This document shows, one piece after another, positions 26,496 through 40,500 of a DNA stretch of 64,000 nt. Each line of letters begins with the position of its first letter. Within the stretch, counting starts at the first letter, position 1. The position numbers and the translations under genes are program-made. Source of the DNA: Callorhinchus milii (lineage: Eukaryota); contig NW_024704742.1 in NCBI RefSeq assembly GCF_018977255.1, forward strand, positions 91,700,001-91,764,000, written 5' to 3'. The notes beneath the pieces are model-generated. The model had not been told where the DNA came from, made no database searches, and worked only from the letters and a program-made list of their open reading frames with translations.

Positions 26496-26760
26496 CCCCT
26501 GGGCTCTGGAACTCTATCCCCCAGTGCCCTCGCCTTGCTTCCTCCCTTTCCTCCTTCAAGGCCTGTCTCAAGACCTTTCTCTTTGATCGTGCCTTCAGCT
26601 CCCCTCTCGACTCTCTACCCCCTCCTCGCTCCCTCCCTTCCCTTCCCTCACCCTGACCATTTCCCCCTGCTCGGGTTCTAACCCAACTGTCAAGCGCCTT
26701 GGGACATCCTCCCAACGTGAAAGGCGCTCTATAAATGGAATCTTGTTGTTGTTGTTGTTG
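26493..26760 (+). mobile_element. Young 5'-truncated L2 (same family as 5763-6819)
   Basis: Near-identical to the reverse complement of 5763-6026; (TTG)n tail. Confidence 0.95.
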
Positions 26761-29700
26761 AGAGTACTATCACCTGAGCCAGGCTGACATACAGACTGAG
26801 CCAGCAGTACCAATAGTGCAAGGTGGTTCATTCAACGGCAGACTTTTACTTCAGAGAGTGGTGGAAGGATCAGCAGCACTATCTGAGGGTGGTGTATGAA
26901 ACTTCAGAGTGCCTTGATCGGAGTGGCATTAAATGGGGGCATTTGACGTTATTATCAAATGCTATTATTATTATTTGGCCAAGATTCTGCTTTATCAGGG
27001 ATAGGCTGTTGACCTGAGTTCCAATTTCTTGCCTCTTTTATTTGTTGGGGTCAGATGGATGTCTGGAATACTACAACAACAACAACAAAAACAACAACTT
27101 GCTTTTAAAGCTTCCCAGAGCACTTTAACACAAACCCATCACCATACTTAAAAGTATCCAAAGCAGACTTAGAGCTCCACTTACATATGATGCCGACACA
27201 AGGAAATTTCTCTGTGTCTGGAATAGAATGTGCACTCTCTCCCACTGAAGGAATGCTCCTGCTTAGCTATTTCTGAAGAGTATTTAGCGCAGACTGCTGA
27301 AGGTCAAGGATTGGCAAACCCAGAGTGTGCTTAGCCAGTTTGCCGTTGAGTCGTCCTCTAGAATTCCCTATTTACGCCACTTGCAAGACTGCATCCGCTA
27401 ATGGTTGTCGGTGACCGTTTTGAGGACAAGCAGCCGGAAAGTCAGAGGATCATTCCTTCATTAAATGTAACCACTTGGCAAGACTGTCTAAACTTGACTA
27501 CAAGTCTCCTTTCATTCACAATCAAAGGGTTTAGATGTCATCCTCCGAGATGCTATGCTGCCGGGTCAATGAGATTTCCTCTGGAACACCACATTGGTAA
27601 CATTCCAGTTCTGGTGATCTGTAGTGCACACATTCATGGTACATTACTTAATGTGTCACTGAGCTGGATCTACTTCTTAGGCATCAAAGACTACAAATGA
27701 GTATTCTTTGGTACTCCAACATTCTCGCTGTCTCATCAATGGCTGTCAAACTCTCTATTTTTGATGATGTTTAAAATACCTCCTCGGTCATTAAAATCAT
27801 CACTTCACATCAGTAAACAGCACTGCGGATTGTTCTGAAGCACTATTTATAGTTGAGAATTTGCTTATGTTAAGATGTTGTCATACCATACAAAAATAGT
27901 AAAATTAGCAAATTTGCAAGTGCAGTTTATAGAAATTCTAATTTCATCAAAATCCTGATTCAAGAGTAATATTTTCTGGCAAGTTAATTATGTGTTGTCG
28001 GATTTTGCTTGGGTTTGTGTTGCGTTTGAGGTATGAGGGGAAGAGGAGGGGTAGGAGGGCAGCAGCCTTTAATAAAGTCTAAGCTAGAGATTCAATTAAC
28101 CTAAATATTATTCCATCCATTAAGTAACAGGAGAACAGATTAGGTACACAGCAAAACATATATTAAATCAACTAAAACTATACAGAGGCAAAGAGCCTCA
28201 GTGTCCACTTGTATCTGCAATTCACAATGCTGCAATGATTTTAATACAAAATTATCGCCCCTATGTCTTATTCAACAACATTTACCAAACTCTCCTCAGA
28301 TTATAAAACTATATTCATACCAATACAAGTGATTCTCTCACATCCAAATAATATTGGAAATTCACTCGATAGCTGACCATGGGATATTACTATGTGCAAA
28401 TTGGCTACCGCATTCGCCCAAAAAACATAGTCACTACAATTCACAGTATATCCTGTGAAGTGCTTTGAGACATCTCAACAATGTGATAAGGCATTATATT
28501 GCAAACTAAAATTATAATTATTATTGTACCCCGAACCTTGTCTGATCCCTATGGTCGAGAATCATGATAAAATGGAAGAATTGGTTTGAAGAAGGAAGAG
28601 GTGATAACTTTGTCACCATACGTCCATGAACACCCTCTGTTCAAAGGGTGAGCAAGCAGATGACAATGAAAAAAGTCTGGGAAATTACTTCACTATCTCA
28701 AGATCCTCAGTGGAGATGCTCCAAAGTAACTGGTTCTACTTTGTTGCATTTGGAATTTGGTTCCCCAACCATCAGCAAATCAACCCCAAGACCCTTTTGT
28801 TGACCTTCAAGTAACCCTACCTCTGTCATCTCTTTCTGTCAACTACTTCTGTCAGCTTCATTTTCTTGCCCACTGCCTGCACTCAACAAACCAGGGCCTG
28901 CTAAATGTTTTCCCTCAATCCATAGCCAGTGGCTGAGCTTTCAGCAATGTACCCCAATCTCTAGTACTCACTTCAAAAATGTATAATCTCTCTTTCACTA
29001 ACATCAGATCAAAGCCTATCTCTTTGATTATACATTCAGTCATCCTCCCCTATTCCCTTGTCTATGTAAAATGCTTTATGATAGTCTCCCCATAAGGCAT
29101 TATCTGAGTTCAAGTTGTTGTGATTGTTGAAAGAAGATAGCAGGCAAAAGGGCCAAGAGCTTTCTCCTTTTCTCCCTCCACCATCTCTTTCTGATCACAA
29201 GATAGGAAGCTGTTGAGAACCATTTCCCCAGGACATCTCCAGGAGTGGAACGTTATGATACTCATCGGAACTCACTGCATTCTTCACCCCCGATAGGTGG
29301 GTCTGAGCTACAAGTAGATTGTAGGTAGCTCTTGGAATGGGCGGTCCCTTTAACGGTACTATGAAGTACAAATTTTAATATGTTACTTACATAGTAATGT
29401 TCAGAATCAAAGCGGGAGGGGGAGAAGGAAAGCATTAATTCCATATGTTTTGAAGCGCAATGAATACATTACAATGAATACATTACATGTTTTTTTTTAG
29501 ATGTTCATTTGCTGCAGTTGTTTCTAATTTAGTACGGCATCAAATCATAAAGTGAAATGGAGTCAGCACTGGCCTAAATTCATCAAGTCTAGAACTAGAG
29601 TAAAAGTGGTATAAATTTCAACAGAAATCACAGCGAGGCAAAGTGGAGTCGATAAAATCCATCTGCCTCCTTTCTAGTGGATAAGATTTTTACTAATAAA

Positions 29701-30830
29701 ATACTTATGCTCTGAGTATACAGATTTGCAGGAAATCTCCTTTCTTGATCTACACTGTCCAATTAAGCAAAATATATTAAAATATATACTGTATACCAGG
29801 TAATGGTATCACATTACCAATTGTGGCACTAACACCTCTCCCTGTGGGTCTGTTTCTACACTGGAAGAACATATTTTCTCATCTTATACTTACATAGTGC
29901 ATAAACCAGCACTAAAAGACAGATTTATGGAGACATCCAAGTGTGGAATTCTCACCTCCCCCTTTCCAAATCAATGGGGAAAATTCCACCCTGAACCTAA
30001 TATCCACCCAGCTACGTGGAAATCTTAAAGAACAGCCCAATACTTAGCCAAGTCATAACTCTTGTTTGAACCCCAATAAACGACGAAAATCCATCCAAGA
30101 ATGTTTTCAATCATTATCTATTGGAGGAGTTTGAGTGGTCTATTTAGTTTTTGGCTGCTAACATGGCTGAATGTTAATGGGTGAAGTGCTGGGGGATATT
30201 GATGACAACCACACAGAAAGAATAATATTGCGACAGGAGCATTATATTTATTGTATGGTTACCTGCAGGCGATCACCAGTACATAATGCTGAGAGTAAAT
30301 GTTATACATAACTAATTCTATTATGCCTATAACATCCATAATACCATGCACAGAGTCTAAATTCTTTATTCTTGCCAGGTGATTTCATGATAATCCCTGT
30401 CTAATGATGTTGAAAGACAAGCCTTCTGCATGCCATTTGACTGCACTGTTCCAAACAGAAAAATAATGACTAGCTGTAGTGGTAAACAAAGGTATAAGAG
30501 CAATAACAACTTTTGTATTTATATCACACTCTCACATAGATTATTGTCTCAGACTGCTTTAATAAAGGAGCAGTGGGAGGTCGGGTGAGAGACAACTAAA
30601 GAAAGCGTTTTGCCCACAAAATACATAGTCAACCACTTTACAATATATTCCAGGAAACGTTTTCAGATGTCTCAATGGCATGATAAGGCGCTATATCAAA
30701 TGCAAAGCTTATTACTATTATAGGTGCGTCCAATTAGATAGTTGGAGGTGCATTTTCCTTTGGAGAGGAAAAAAAAATTGCTTAAAAAAAAGTGTTACTG
30801 CAGTTTGGGTATTCACCTATAACCTATTAC

Positions 30831-31181
30831 GGAGTCCCATAGTGCAGTGGTTAGAGTACTCGCCTCGCAAGCGAGAGGACCTGGATTCAATTCCCGGGTG
30901 AGGCAAAACCTTAGGCAAGTTTCCTCTGTTTACCTAACAATAAGTAGGAACTCAGTTGTTAGTTGATTGGCGAATCGCCCTCTGGGAGTAATAATCCCTC
31001 CCCCCCAAAAAAATGTGGACACTCAATCCACTACTGTTTGTGGGACACTGCTGTGCACAATTGGCTGCCATGTTTCACCTACACAATCAATCCACTTTAG
31101 AATACATTATATGAAACTCTTTGAGATGTCTCAATGACGTGATAACACAATATATCAAATGCAAGGATTATTACTATTATT
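30831..31181 (+). mobile_element. tRNA-Ala-family SINE, long form
   Basis: Head, internal segment and tail. Confidence 0.87.
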
Positions 31182-31376
31182 GAAAACATTACGGCCGCAC
31201 TCAACTCAACATTTGTTCCTTTTGTACAGAATGGTTTGGACAACGAATTGAACATCCTGTTTGAAATTGATCCAAATTCATTCAATGGGCCAATTCCTTT
31301 TGAAACAGTACTTACTTTGGCCCTGAATGCAGTACTACGTGTTGTAAAACTAAGTCTGGAAGTTCTACTGGTCTGG

Positions 31377-32161
31377 TTATACCTGAATTATTGCATAGTT
31401 TTTTTNGTTTAAAGAGAAAATCTGTTCCAATCATTCGGCTGGACGTGTTCCACAGGCATTTTTGAATTCTTTGCAGATGGAACATTTCTTTGCTAGTACA
31501 AAGGATAGAACACATCAATGCAGATGAAATCAGGAAGCATTTTGCTGGAACCAAACCATAGCCTTGGTACAGGAAAGGATTAAAAGGCAAAGGGAAGAAT
31601 GCATTAAAAGCGTTTTGAAACAACTAAAAAACACATCTCCATTTCTTCGCCTCTATCTTCTTGCACATCTGACAACAATGGGTAAAAAGATGGCGTTATT
31701 AACCAAAACTAGTGCAGTGGGGATACTCGACAAATGGAGACAGAACAAATTCTCCCAACAGTTGATGACGAGAAACAAGCCTGTTCTTTATAAAAACGTG
31801 GTATTTCTTTTCAAATTTTTAAATCACTTTTTGATGAAAAACAGATTATGTCCTGTCTGTTTCCCACTTCAATGCATTTTTTTCAAGACTCCTGTTCTCT
31901 GCGCAAAAAATATAAGAGAGACTGGGCGATGACTGCTTTCCTACAAGATCTTCCCAGATGCACAATGAACTCTGAATGCTTATAATAATTTAGCAAGTGA
32001 TTGCATGCAATGCTTGAAATCACACCACAACTGCCTGCAAGCCAAAACAGAGTTCTGTACACTGACAGGCAAGTGCTCGTGGAAGCTCAGTTGTTATTAC
32101 ATCATCGATGAAAAGTAAAGTCAACAACAACTAAAAAAACTATGCAATAATTCAGGTATAA
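31377..32161. mobile_element. Putative non-autonomous DNA transposon with 33 bp terminal inverted repeats
   Basis: TTATACCTGAATTATTGCATAGTTTTTTTNGTT (31377-31409) versus its reverse complement at 32129-32161; TA/TATA at both ends. Confidence 0.72.
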
Positions 32162-32467
32162 TTGGAAAATATGATGGAAAATAAATGCAAATCATTTCCA
32201 AGAACTAATTTGCACCTGGATTAGACTTTCACATTGTGCACAATTCTGGCAATTGTTATCAATTTTATTGATGTATTAATCGTTCAATATCAATATATAC
32301 ACCTGTGCTTTCCTTTGTTTGGCAGTGCTGGAGTTACAGTGAGACTGGCTGTAAGACCAGCATCAGATCCAAAGGTAAAAGTTTCCTTCCCTTCCCATAT
32401 TTATGATGGGATGGGCCCAGAATGATTTTCCTGCCCTTTAAATAAACATTTTCTGACAATTTAAGAT

Positions 32468-32851
32468 CTGTAGCTTAGTGGTTAGAGCACTCGCCTCACA
32501 AACGAGAGGACCTGGGTTCAATTCTTGGCCAGGGCGAAATGTTAGGGCAACTGTCCTTGTTCCACATGCCTGTTTGCTTAACAGTAAGTAGGAATCCAGT
32601 TGTTAGTTGATTGGCGGATTGCTTTTCCAGAGGTAATAATCCCTTCAAAACAATTTTTTTTAAAAACTACTAATTTGGTCACTCAATTCATGACTGTTTG
32701 CGGGACACTGCTGTGTGCAATTCTCTGCCTCGTTTCGCCCATAAAATATACAGTCAATACACTTTACAGTGTATTCTGTGAAGCGCTTTGTGACGTCTTG
32801 AAGTTGTAATAAGCCACTATATCAAATGCAAGGATTATTATTATTATTATT
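32468..32851 (+). mobile_element. tRNA-Ala-family SINE, long form
   Basis: Head to (TTA)n. Confidence 0.88.
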
Positions 32852-32892
32852 GAACCCCACATTTAACAATGTTCTCCTCCCATGGTGCTTCA

Positions 32893-33075
32893 TGTGTCAG
32901 TCTGGTTCAATTGGCAGCATTCTTGCTTTGGAGGCTGAAGGCTGTGGGTTCAAGCCCAGTATTGGAAATTGGGACTTAAATAATCTAGGTTGACATTCCA
33001 AAGCAGCACTGGGCATGTCCTGCATCGAGACATCAAACTGAGGTCTTGTTTGCCTGTTCAAGTGGACGTTAAACG
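32893..33075 (+). mobile_element. Deu-type SINE 5' part
   Basis: TGTCAGTCTGGTTCAATTGGCAGC...GGGTTCAAGCCC head. Confidence 0.7.
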
Positions 33076-33766
33076 TGAAAATTATTGAAATACAACAACA
33101 AAATTACATTTGTATAACAACTTTCACGTCAAGAGGACTGCCGTGAAATAAACTGCAATGGGAAAGTATTGTTTCACTTACTAATTATTTCTCATATTTT
33201 TGTACATTCAGGAAATTGCAATTAGCACTTCTCACTTCTTTGGGAAACATCGCAAATTAGACCCCAATATATATGTTTAGGAAATGTTATTGAAGTCAAT
33301 CCTATGTGCACGTTACCTGAAATTGATAGGTATCTGTTTCCTGCTTATTAGGAATGTCCCAGTTCTTCCTGGAAGAGGATCAGTGTGAAGAAAAGACATT
33401 GCCTTTTTCCCTATTGGTATTTATGATGAATGTTTCAGTGGAAAAATCATTGTGCAGTATGTTCCTTGCTGTGAAATGCTTTGAATCATTTAGGCATTAT
33501 AAAAATAAATCGATAAATATCTAAAAAGGAGACAACTACAGGGGTATGGGGAAAGGCCAAGTAAATGGAACTGAAAGGATTGCTCTTAAAAGAGCCAGCA
33601 CAGACACAATAGGCCGAATGGCCTTCTTCCGTCCTGTATATTTTTTATGGTTCTATGGAAGTACAGTATAGACCATATACTCTGTAAGGTCTGTTAGGTT
33701 TACTGCACATTCACATACACAACACTAATCAGTAGCAGTATCAAGTTGGTTTACCTGTTGCATGGG

Positions 33767-34146
33767 AATAATAATAATAATAATAATCCTTGCATTTGAT
33801 ATAGCGCCTTATCACAACTTTGAGACGTCTCAAAGCACTTCAAAAAATATACTGCAAAGTGAATTGACTGTATATTTTTGGTGCGAAACTCGGCGGCCAA
33901 TTGTGCATTGTGCATTACAGTGTTCCACAAACAGTCGTGGATTGAAGTGAGCAATTTATTATTTTTTTTTGAAGGAATTATTATCCCTGGAAAAGCGATC
34001 TGCCAATCAACTAACAACTGGGTTCCTACTTACTACTACGTAAACAGAGGCGTGTGGAGTAAGGAAATTTGCCCAGCATTTGACCCTGCTGGGAATCAAA
34101 CCCAAGTCTTTCACTTGCGAGGCGAGTGCTCTAACCACTGAGCTAC
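33767..34146 (-). mobile_element. tRNA-Ala-family SINE, long form
   Basis: Head to tail. Confidence 0.88.
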
Positions 34147-35974
34147 ATTTTTACTGACATAAATGAATACCATAAACATTTCACTACTTCGAGAATGATT
34201 TCACATCTAATCTAATTCAGATTTGTTCAAGTTTATTGATCTGTGTTGAATAAAAAGCTTGTCTATAAAAACATAAGAAATTGCTAGTCAAAAGAAGACC
34301 AAGCTCCACCTAGTTTGCCTTCCACCATCCTGGCAGTTGCATGTCATGTCCTATGTTAAATAAAGTGCTAAATAACATAGGATATTCTATAGAGAAGATA
34401 TAAGTGCTCTAACTTGAATAGATTGCATCGATTGTCTGCTGTGCAAATTTCAGAAGCAATTGAAAGATAAAGCCCTTTGATGCATTTACCTGGCAACATG
34501 GAATGATGCAGGGCAGCTGTGATCATCTACTAATATTGCAACAATTCATGATGTATCTGACATCAACATTGCAGAGGTAGGGGAAGGGAAGAAAATTGGA
34601 GTGGAAAAATGTGCAAAGTTAAGCAGTGAATAATAGAATATAGTTTACTCAAAAAGTTAAGTCAAGTTCCCAAGTTATCAGAAATCCATTTTTTTAAGAA
34701 TAGAAAACAGTAATTGGTAAAGGAATGCAATCATATCATTAATTTCATATCTGTCCATTCATACAGTCCAAATCTCCAATGTTGTATTTTAACAACAAGC
34801 CTTATACATCTTAGTAACAGCAAATATTAATAAGAACAGGTGTATCTTAAGCCCGGTGGTTGGTAGGAGCTTGTAAAGACTTGGATCCTAAAAGGCAGCA
34901 GATATCTTATAACCTAGTTCCTGCTATAAACATTCAGCAATGCAGTTGTGGATTGAACAGTCCTCAATATTCACTTATTAACCATCATAATGTGACCAGA
35001 ACAAATTTTCTCACATTTAATGTCTAAGTTGCAGTATTTTCTTTGCATATAGTGGTAAAGTTTGCAGGATAGCTTAATGCATTGTGTTAATTTAAATGAA
35101 CAAATGCCACAAGCTTTAACTCATTCTGCATTGTTGGAGGGGGCAGGCCTTTGGATAAAGCATTAAACTGATGTCCTATCTGCCTGTTCAGGTAGATGTT
35201 AAAAATCCCATGGCATTTTTCAAAAAGACAAGGGGATTTTCTCCAAGGTCATGGCAAACAATCCCCCAGATAAAGTTGGTTATTCACTTCATGGCTGTTT
35301 GTGGGACATTGCTGTGTGCAAATTGGCTGCTGTGTTCGCCTATAAAATACACAGATGTGATCAACGTTATTATTATGGTCTGATAGAATCCCAGTCAACT
35401 CATAGGTTATCTGCTCCAGAAGTACATTACATCAACTCCGAGACCTTGTGGGTCAATCTGATGTACTTTCAAAGACTGCAGGACATTCCCTTTTGCACAA
35501 CTTAGATTCCTTATTTAGCAATCCTGTTAAGAAGCACCACAAATTAGACAGTGTTGATTTCTAGTGGAACAAAGGGAAGGGAATGTTGTGAAAAAGGATA
35601 AGAAAGAACTGTACTAAATCTCTTGTGTTTCAAATGCTGTGAGTCAGATGTGGCATTGGCCAACTAAACCCTATGAAGAAATACTAAAAATCACTTTGCA
35701 CTTAGTGGCTATTTCTGTAAGAGTGTGTCTTTGTAGTAACTGCCTCTATAAATAAACCTAGTACTTATTTTGGGTATAAACATCTCTGCAATGTCATCAT
35801 AATATCAACCTTACGAAAGTTGTGATGATGTGCAGTGGATACACTCACTCACTTCCAGAAACAAACGTTTATTATTCCAATTATTCGCCTGGGGTCATGC
35901 TAAGTCTTCAAGGTCGGAGTGCAGCCGCATTACAACATAAAAATAATTATTCAATTTGACATAACACCTTTCAT

Positions 35975-36385
35975 AACAGCAACAAACGTGCATCTAAATA
36001 GCGGCCTTCACACTGGGCAGCGCTCAACAATGGTGGAGATTGACGCCGAGCACAGCAAAGAGGAGAGGTGACTGTAGGTATGGTTGAAGAAGATGTTCAG
36101 GTGCATTCTGAAGATGGGTAAATAGGGGCTAAGGTGGAGGGATTGAGATAGGATTTCTAGAGTTTTGGGGTGTAGTAAAGATTGCTGGACTGGATGAGGG
36201 ATGTGCAGAAGGCTAGAGCTAGCTGAGTGAAGGTGTGGGTAGAGGAGTGGGGTGTGAGTCAAGGTTGAGGGATGGATAGGTGCTAGGGCATGACATGTTT
36301 TGTAGGTCAGTGTGCAGATCTTGAAATTGATCCATTCTGCAACAGGAAGGCAGTGGAGCCTGGTAAGGACTGGAGTGATGGTAGA
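35975..36385 (-). mobile_element. Old L2 3' remnant
   Basis: ITPVLTRLHCLPVAEWINFKICTLTYK translation. Confidence 0.8.
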
Positions 36386-36449
36386 GGATGTCTCAAAGCT
36401 CTTTCCCTGAATTACTGTGTTTTTTACAGGTGAGCATCCATCCTCCAAT

Positions 36450-36738
36450 CAGCCGTGAAGTAAATGACCAATTTTTTGTTTGGGGAATTGTTGGTCAGGA
36501 CACTGGAAGAAACTCCTTTCTCCTTTGATGGGAACTTTGGCATCCACCTGAACAGACAGACAGAACCTTAGTTGAATGTCTCACCCAAAGGACAGCACCT
36601 CAGACAATGCAATGCTCCTCCAGCACCACACTGAAGTTTCAGCTTAGAGAAATATGAGCTCAAAATCTCGATATAGAGCTTGAACCCTCAACCTTCTGAC
36701 TCATAGGCGAGAGTGTCTCAACTCAGCCAGGCTGACAC
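36450..36738 (-). mobile_element. Deu-type SINE 5' part with intact head
   Basis: GTGTCAGCCTGGCTGAGTTGAGACACTCTCGCCTATGAGTCAGAAGGTTGAGGGTTCAAGC on the minus strand. Confidence 0.8.
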
Positions 36739-37269
36739 AGGTCCAAATCTTGCGGGTGAAAAAGTCAACTTCCAGTATTAGTGATGCATGGGTTTTCAAG
36801 AGCAGACATAAGACTCAGACATTGCCTAACCATCAGAGAACTCTCTGATTATACCGTAGCCTTTGTTAATAAATTTCCACAGCTGTACAGATCACAGCAC
36901 CTTATAAAGCAGCAAAAGATGAAGAGTGGATTTTTTAACAAAGTGGGGGTGGCGGAGGGGGAGAGAGGAATTAACCTATTTTGATTTCTGATTTAATACT
37001 TCAGGTGACAGTTTGTTAAACGCCTGCAGTCAATTCAAGGCAATGAATTTGACTTGATGGAAATAAGGTGTGGTCGATTTAACATCCCTCAAATAACTGA
37101 GAACCCAATGCAACTAGTGGAGCAGCACAATTACATGCTCTGGGTAGAGCTCCACTAAACCACTGCTCTCAGTGCTGGATAATATGTTCATAATAATAAT
37201 AATCCTTGTTGAGACATCTCAAAGCACTTCTCAGAATATATTTTAAAGTGAAATATATTTTAAAGTGAA

Positions 37270-37505
37270 CTGGATTCTCTGAAGGATAGGGAGCCAATGG
37301 AGTCGGGTGAGAGTGGGGGAGATGGGGTCGCGGAGTTTGGTGCGGGAGAGGACACGGGCTGCAGAGTTCTGGATTATCTGCAGCCTGTGGAGGGAGGAGT
37401 TGGGAAGGCCGACAAGCAGGGGGTTTGCATAGTCGAGCCTGGAGGTGATGAAGGCATGAACAAGAGTTTCAGCGGCCTGAGGGGTGAGGTAGTGGCGGAG
37501 TCGCT
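37270..37505 (-). mobile_element. L2 ORF2 fragment
   Basis: Homologous to 21295-21490 and 6200-6430. Confidence 0.85.
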
Positions 37506-40500
37506 CTACAATTCACAGGCAAACAATCAAAGATTCTCTCTTTCAAGTTGCCTTGCACTGCATTGCTATTATATTTAGGTATTATTGAGCTGCTAAAACT
37601 GTGGTTAGCCTTCAACTTCTGGTTTGATCCAATTTGAAAACTGCATTGAACTGCACAAACTTTACATTACAAGTAGCCTACGGTGAGCTCACTCACAGCA
37701 TTAGGCTCTGTAACTCCTCTGGGACAGCACTGACTGGCACAAATCATTTAAAAAGCGAGATCAAATCAAAGATCCCAAAGATTCATAAGTGCTCATGTTA
37801 ATCATCACACTTTTTAAACAGATCATCATAAGAGTTAATGCAAATGTAAGCACATATCACATCCCTACAGCCTGAGTTTCATACTGACCCAAGAACTGCA
37901 GCACGGTACAATGAGACAACAGAGGTTCTGTGAGTGTCTTATCAGTCTTTCCTCAGGGGTTGTTCTTAGAGCCAGAGTAACATTTCATGTTAATGTTATT
38001 GAGAAATGTCAATGGTATTAATAGACACAACACTGAGCAACTCTCCCCTTGGGCATTGTGTTCATTTCAGCTTCGGTTTGGTTTTGAATGTTTCCTTCTG
38101 TACCAAGCAGTAAAGTGATCTTACATGATTTTTGTTTAAAGAGATGTTTCAAGATAAGGAACATGGGAACAAGAGTAAGCCATCTGGCTGGTTGAGCTTG
38201 CTGTACTGTTTTATTAGTTTGTGGCGGTTTGTTTTATTTTTCTAATCCCATGCCCTTTCGCCATATGACTGAATACTTTAACATATCCAAGTATCTATTT
38301 ATTCATCTCCATTATAAACACCTCAATTTTACAACACCCACATTTATATAGTGCCTTTTGTGGCTGAAAATGCTTCACGGAGCTGTCTGGAGCTGAGCTG
38401 GGGCCTGAGGAAGAGGAGCAAAAGTTGAAGTTCAAAAGATAATTCTCAAGGTAGCCTTTAAGGACGGGGAAGGAGGGGGCAAGGTGGAGGACTTCCGAGA
38501 TGGAGGGCTTCCGAGAAGGAGTTCCAGAGAGCAGGGGCAGAATAAGTGAAAGCTCAACCACTAATAGTAGGATGGGTCAAGCTGGGGATATGATCACTGA
38601 GCAGAAAGAGTGTCTGGGACAGTAGGGTTGCAGAAGATTTCGTAAGTAGGATGGGAAAGGCCATGGAGGGTTTTGAACATGAGGACAAGGAGCTTCTTCA
38701 ATTTCAAACACTTAGGGATGAAAAATGTGATGTGTGATAATTTAATTATCAAGGGAAATACACCCCCTAAAACTGTTAACCAGGAATCCAATGTTTCATA
38801 TGACTACATTTGCCCACAAAATATGCAGTCAATTCACTTTACAGTATATTCTGTGAAGCATTTTGAGATGTCTAGAAGACCTGATAAGGTGCTATATCAA
38901 ATGCAAGGATTATTATTATTATTATTATTATTGTGTCAGGCTGTTGAGGGCAGGAAGGTTTATATCCAGCACACATGGAGACCAGATGATGGATTGGATG
39001 TCATAAGGTCACTAAAATGGCTACAAGTGTTAATCAGCACATCCGCATTAATTAACACATATTTTACCCAAATAACTGGTTGTGCTCTTATGCGACTGTT
39101 AGATTACTTCATGTACAGAGCACTTAAGCTCAAAAAACCCTTAAAAAGTAATTAATTCGAGCTCTGCCAATGTGTTGAAACCCAGGGTTATAAACCTTTA
39201 ACATTTCTGGATTTGTGCCACAGATTTTATGGCTGCTTCTATCTTGCTCCCTTCTCATCAAATAAACGAGTGGACTGGTAGTTTGTCACTGGTGGGATAG
39301 ATAACGTAAGGAGCACAGCTTAACAATTCCCTTTTGGGCATTGTCGGTCAAACAGTCCATGGAGAGCAGTTTTGCAGAAACTCAAGTTTGACAATAAAAT
39401 TAAAGATCCAAATTCAGGATGTTAAGCTTTTAAAATATCCTATTTTTTAATAAGGGAGTCATAACTTGTCAGGCTTTGAATAGTGTGTGTTAGCTTTTTC
39501 GCTTGGGGAGTCTCTTTAAGTATATATTGGATTTCAAACACTATTATTATGACTGATTTATGAGTTAATATTCATCAGCCTTTGAATACATTTTCTGCTG
39601 GTTTCAAATGTAATAGGAGCTGCTGGATGATGAATAGCGAAGCAGATTTATGAAAAACTGCCTATGTCCGCACAATACAGTGGATGGAATCTCTTTTTTG
39701 GATGATAAGCCATTATAAAGTAACTTGACATAAAGGTGCCTCACACTACTACCAAATGTTCAACTGTGTAGAGATGGTCAGTTCACTCCTTAAACTCAAT
39801 CCGCTATGACCTAATCCACTTGACTGACATGAGGCAGCCTCCCTCCCTCCCTCACTCCCTCCCTCCAGCAATGTCCCTGAACCAGACAAGGAGTGAATGA
39901 CCAGACAGGTCATTTAACATCTCAGCCGACGGACAGCACTTCCCTTCCCCCTGACACTGACACTGCACCACATATTCCAACCATGGGGGAGGTGTCACAT
40001 ACCCATTGGTCTGTCGCCAAACTTCTTGGCTTTGGAGTCAGATATCCTCGTCGAGAAGACAGGCAACAGAAGATCAAACTCTAGGAAGAAAATGCAAAAA
40101 CAGGAAATGTGCCTGTTTAAGCAAACTCGCAATGTAAAATCAGTCTTAATAATAATTATAATTATTATTATATTAATAGTTCTTGCATTTCACATCGGAA
40201 GGATATCACAGGGACATTTACTCTGATGTAGAGTGCCTATGTATTTGTAGGCAAACGTGGCAGCCGAATTGCACACAACAATGCCCCACGAATATTCATG
40301 AAACGAATGACCATTTTTAAGACATATGGACCTCAAGGGGATTTTCCCACCATTCTGTGGTGCAATATGTTGGAGGTCCATATCTTTTCTGATACTCATT
40401 TAGAATTCCCAGATCTCCCTAATGGGTACACATCTCCCTCCTGGTACACAGTGAACTGAAATGATACAATCTTCCTGCTTGTTTTTTTTATTTATTTCCC

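Larger units (their letters stand above)
25954..26790 (-). mobile_element. Deu-type SINE with its head split by a composite insertion (26353-26758)
   Basis: Body at 25954-26352; first ~30 nt of the head (TGTCAGCCTGGCTCAGGTGATAGTACTCT) at 26761-26790. Confidence 0.85.

Noticed and set aside
31230..31412. Open frame NGLDNELNILFEIDPNSFNGPIPFE after a good acceptor
   Set aside because: No convincing donor; it runs into the TIR element and is not recognisable
34484..34494. TTACCTGGCA resembling the U1 snRNA 5' end
   Set aside because: Match too short; downstream sequence does not follow U1
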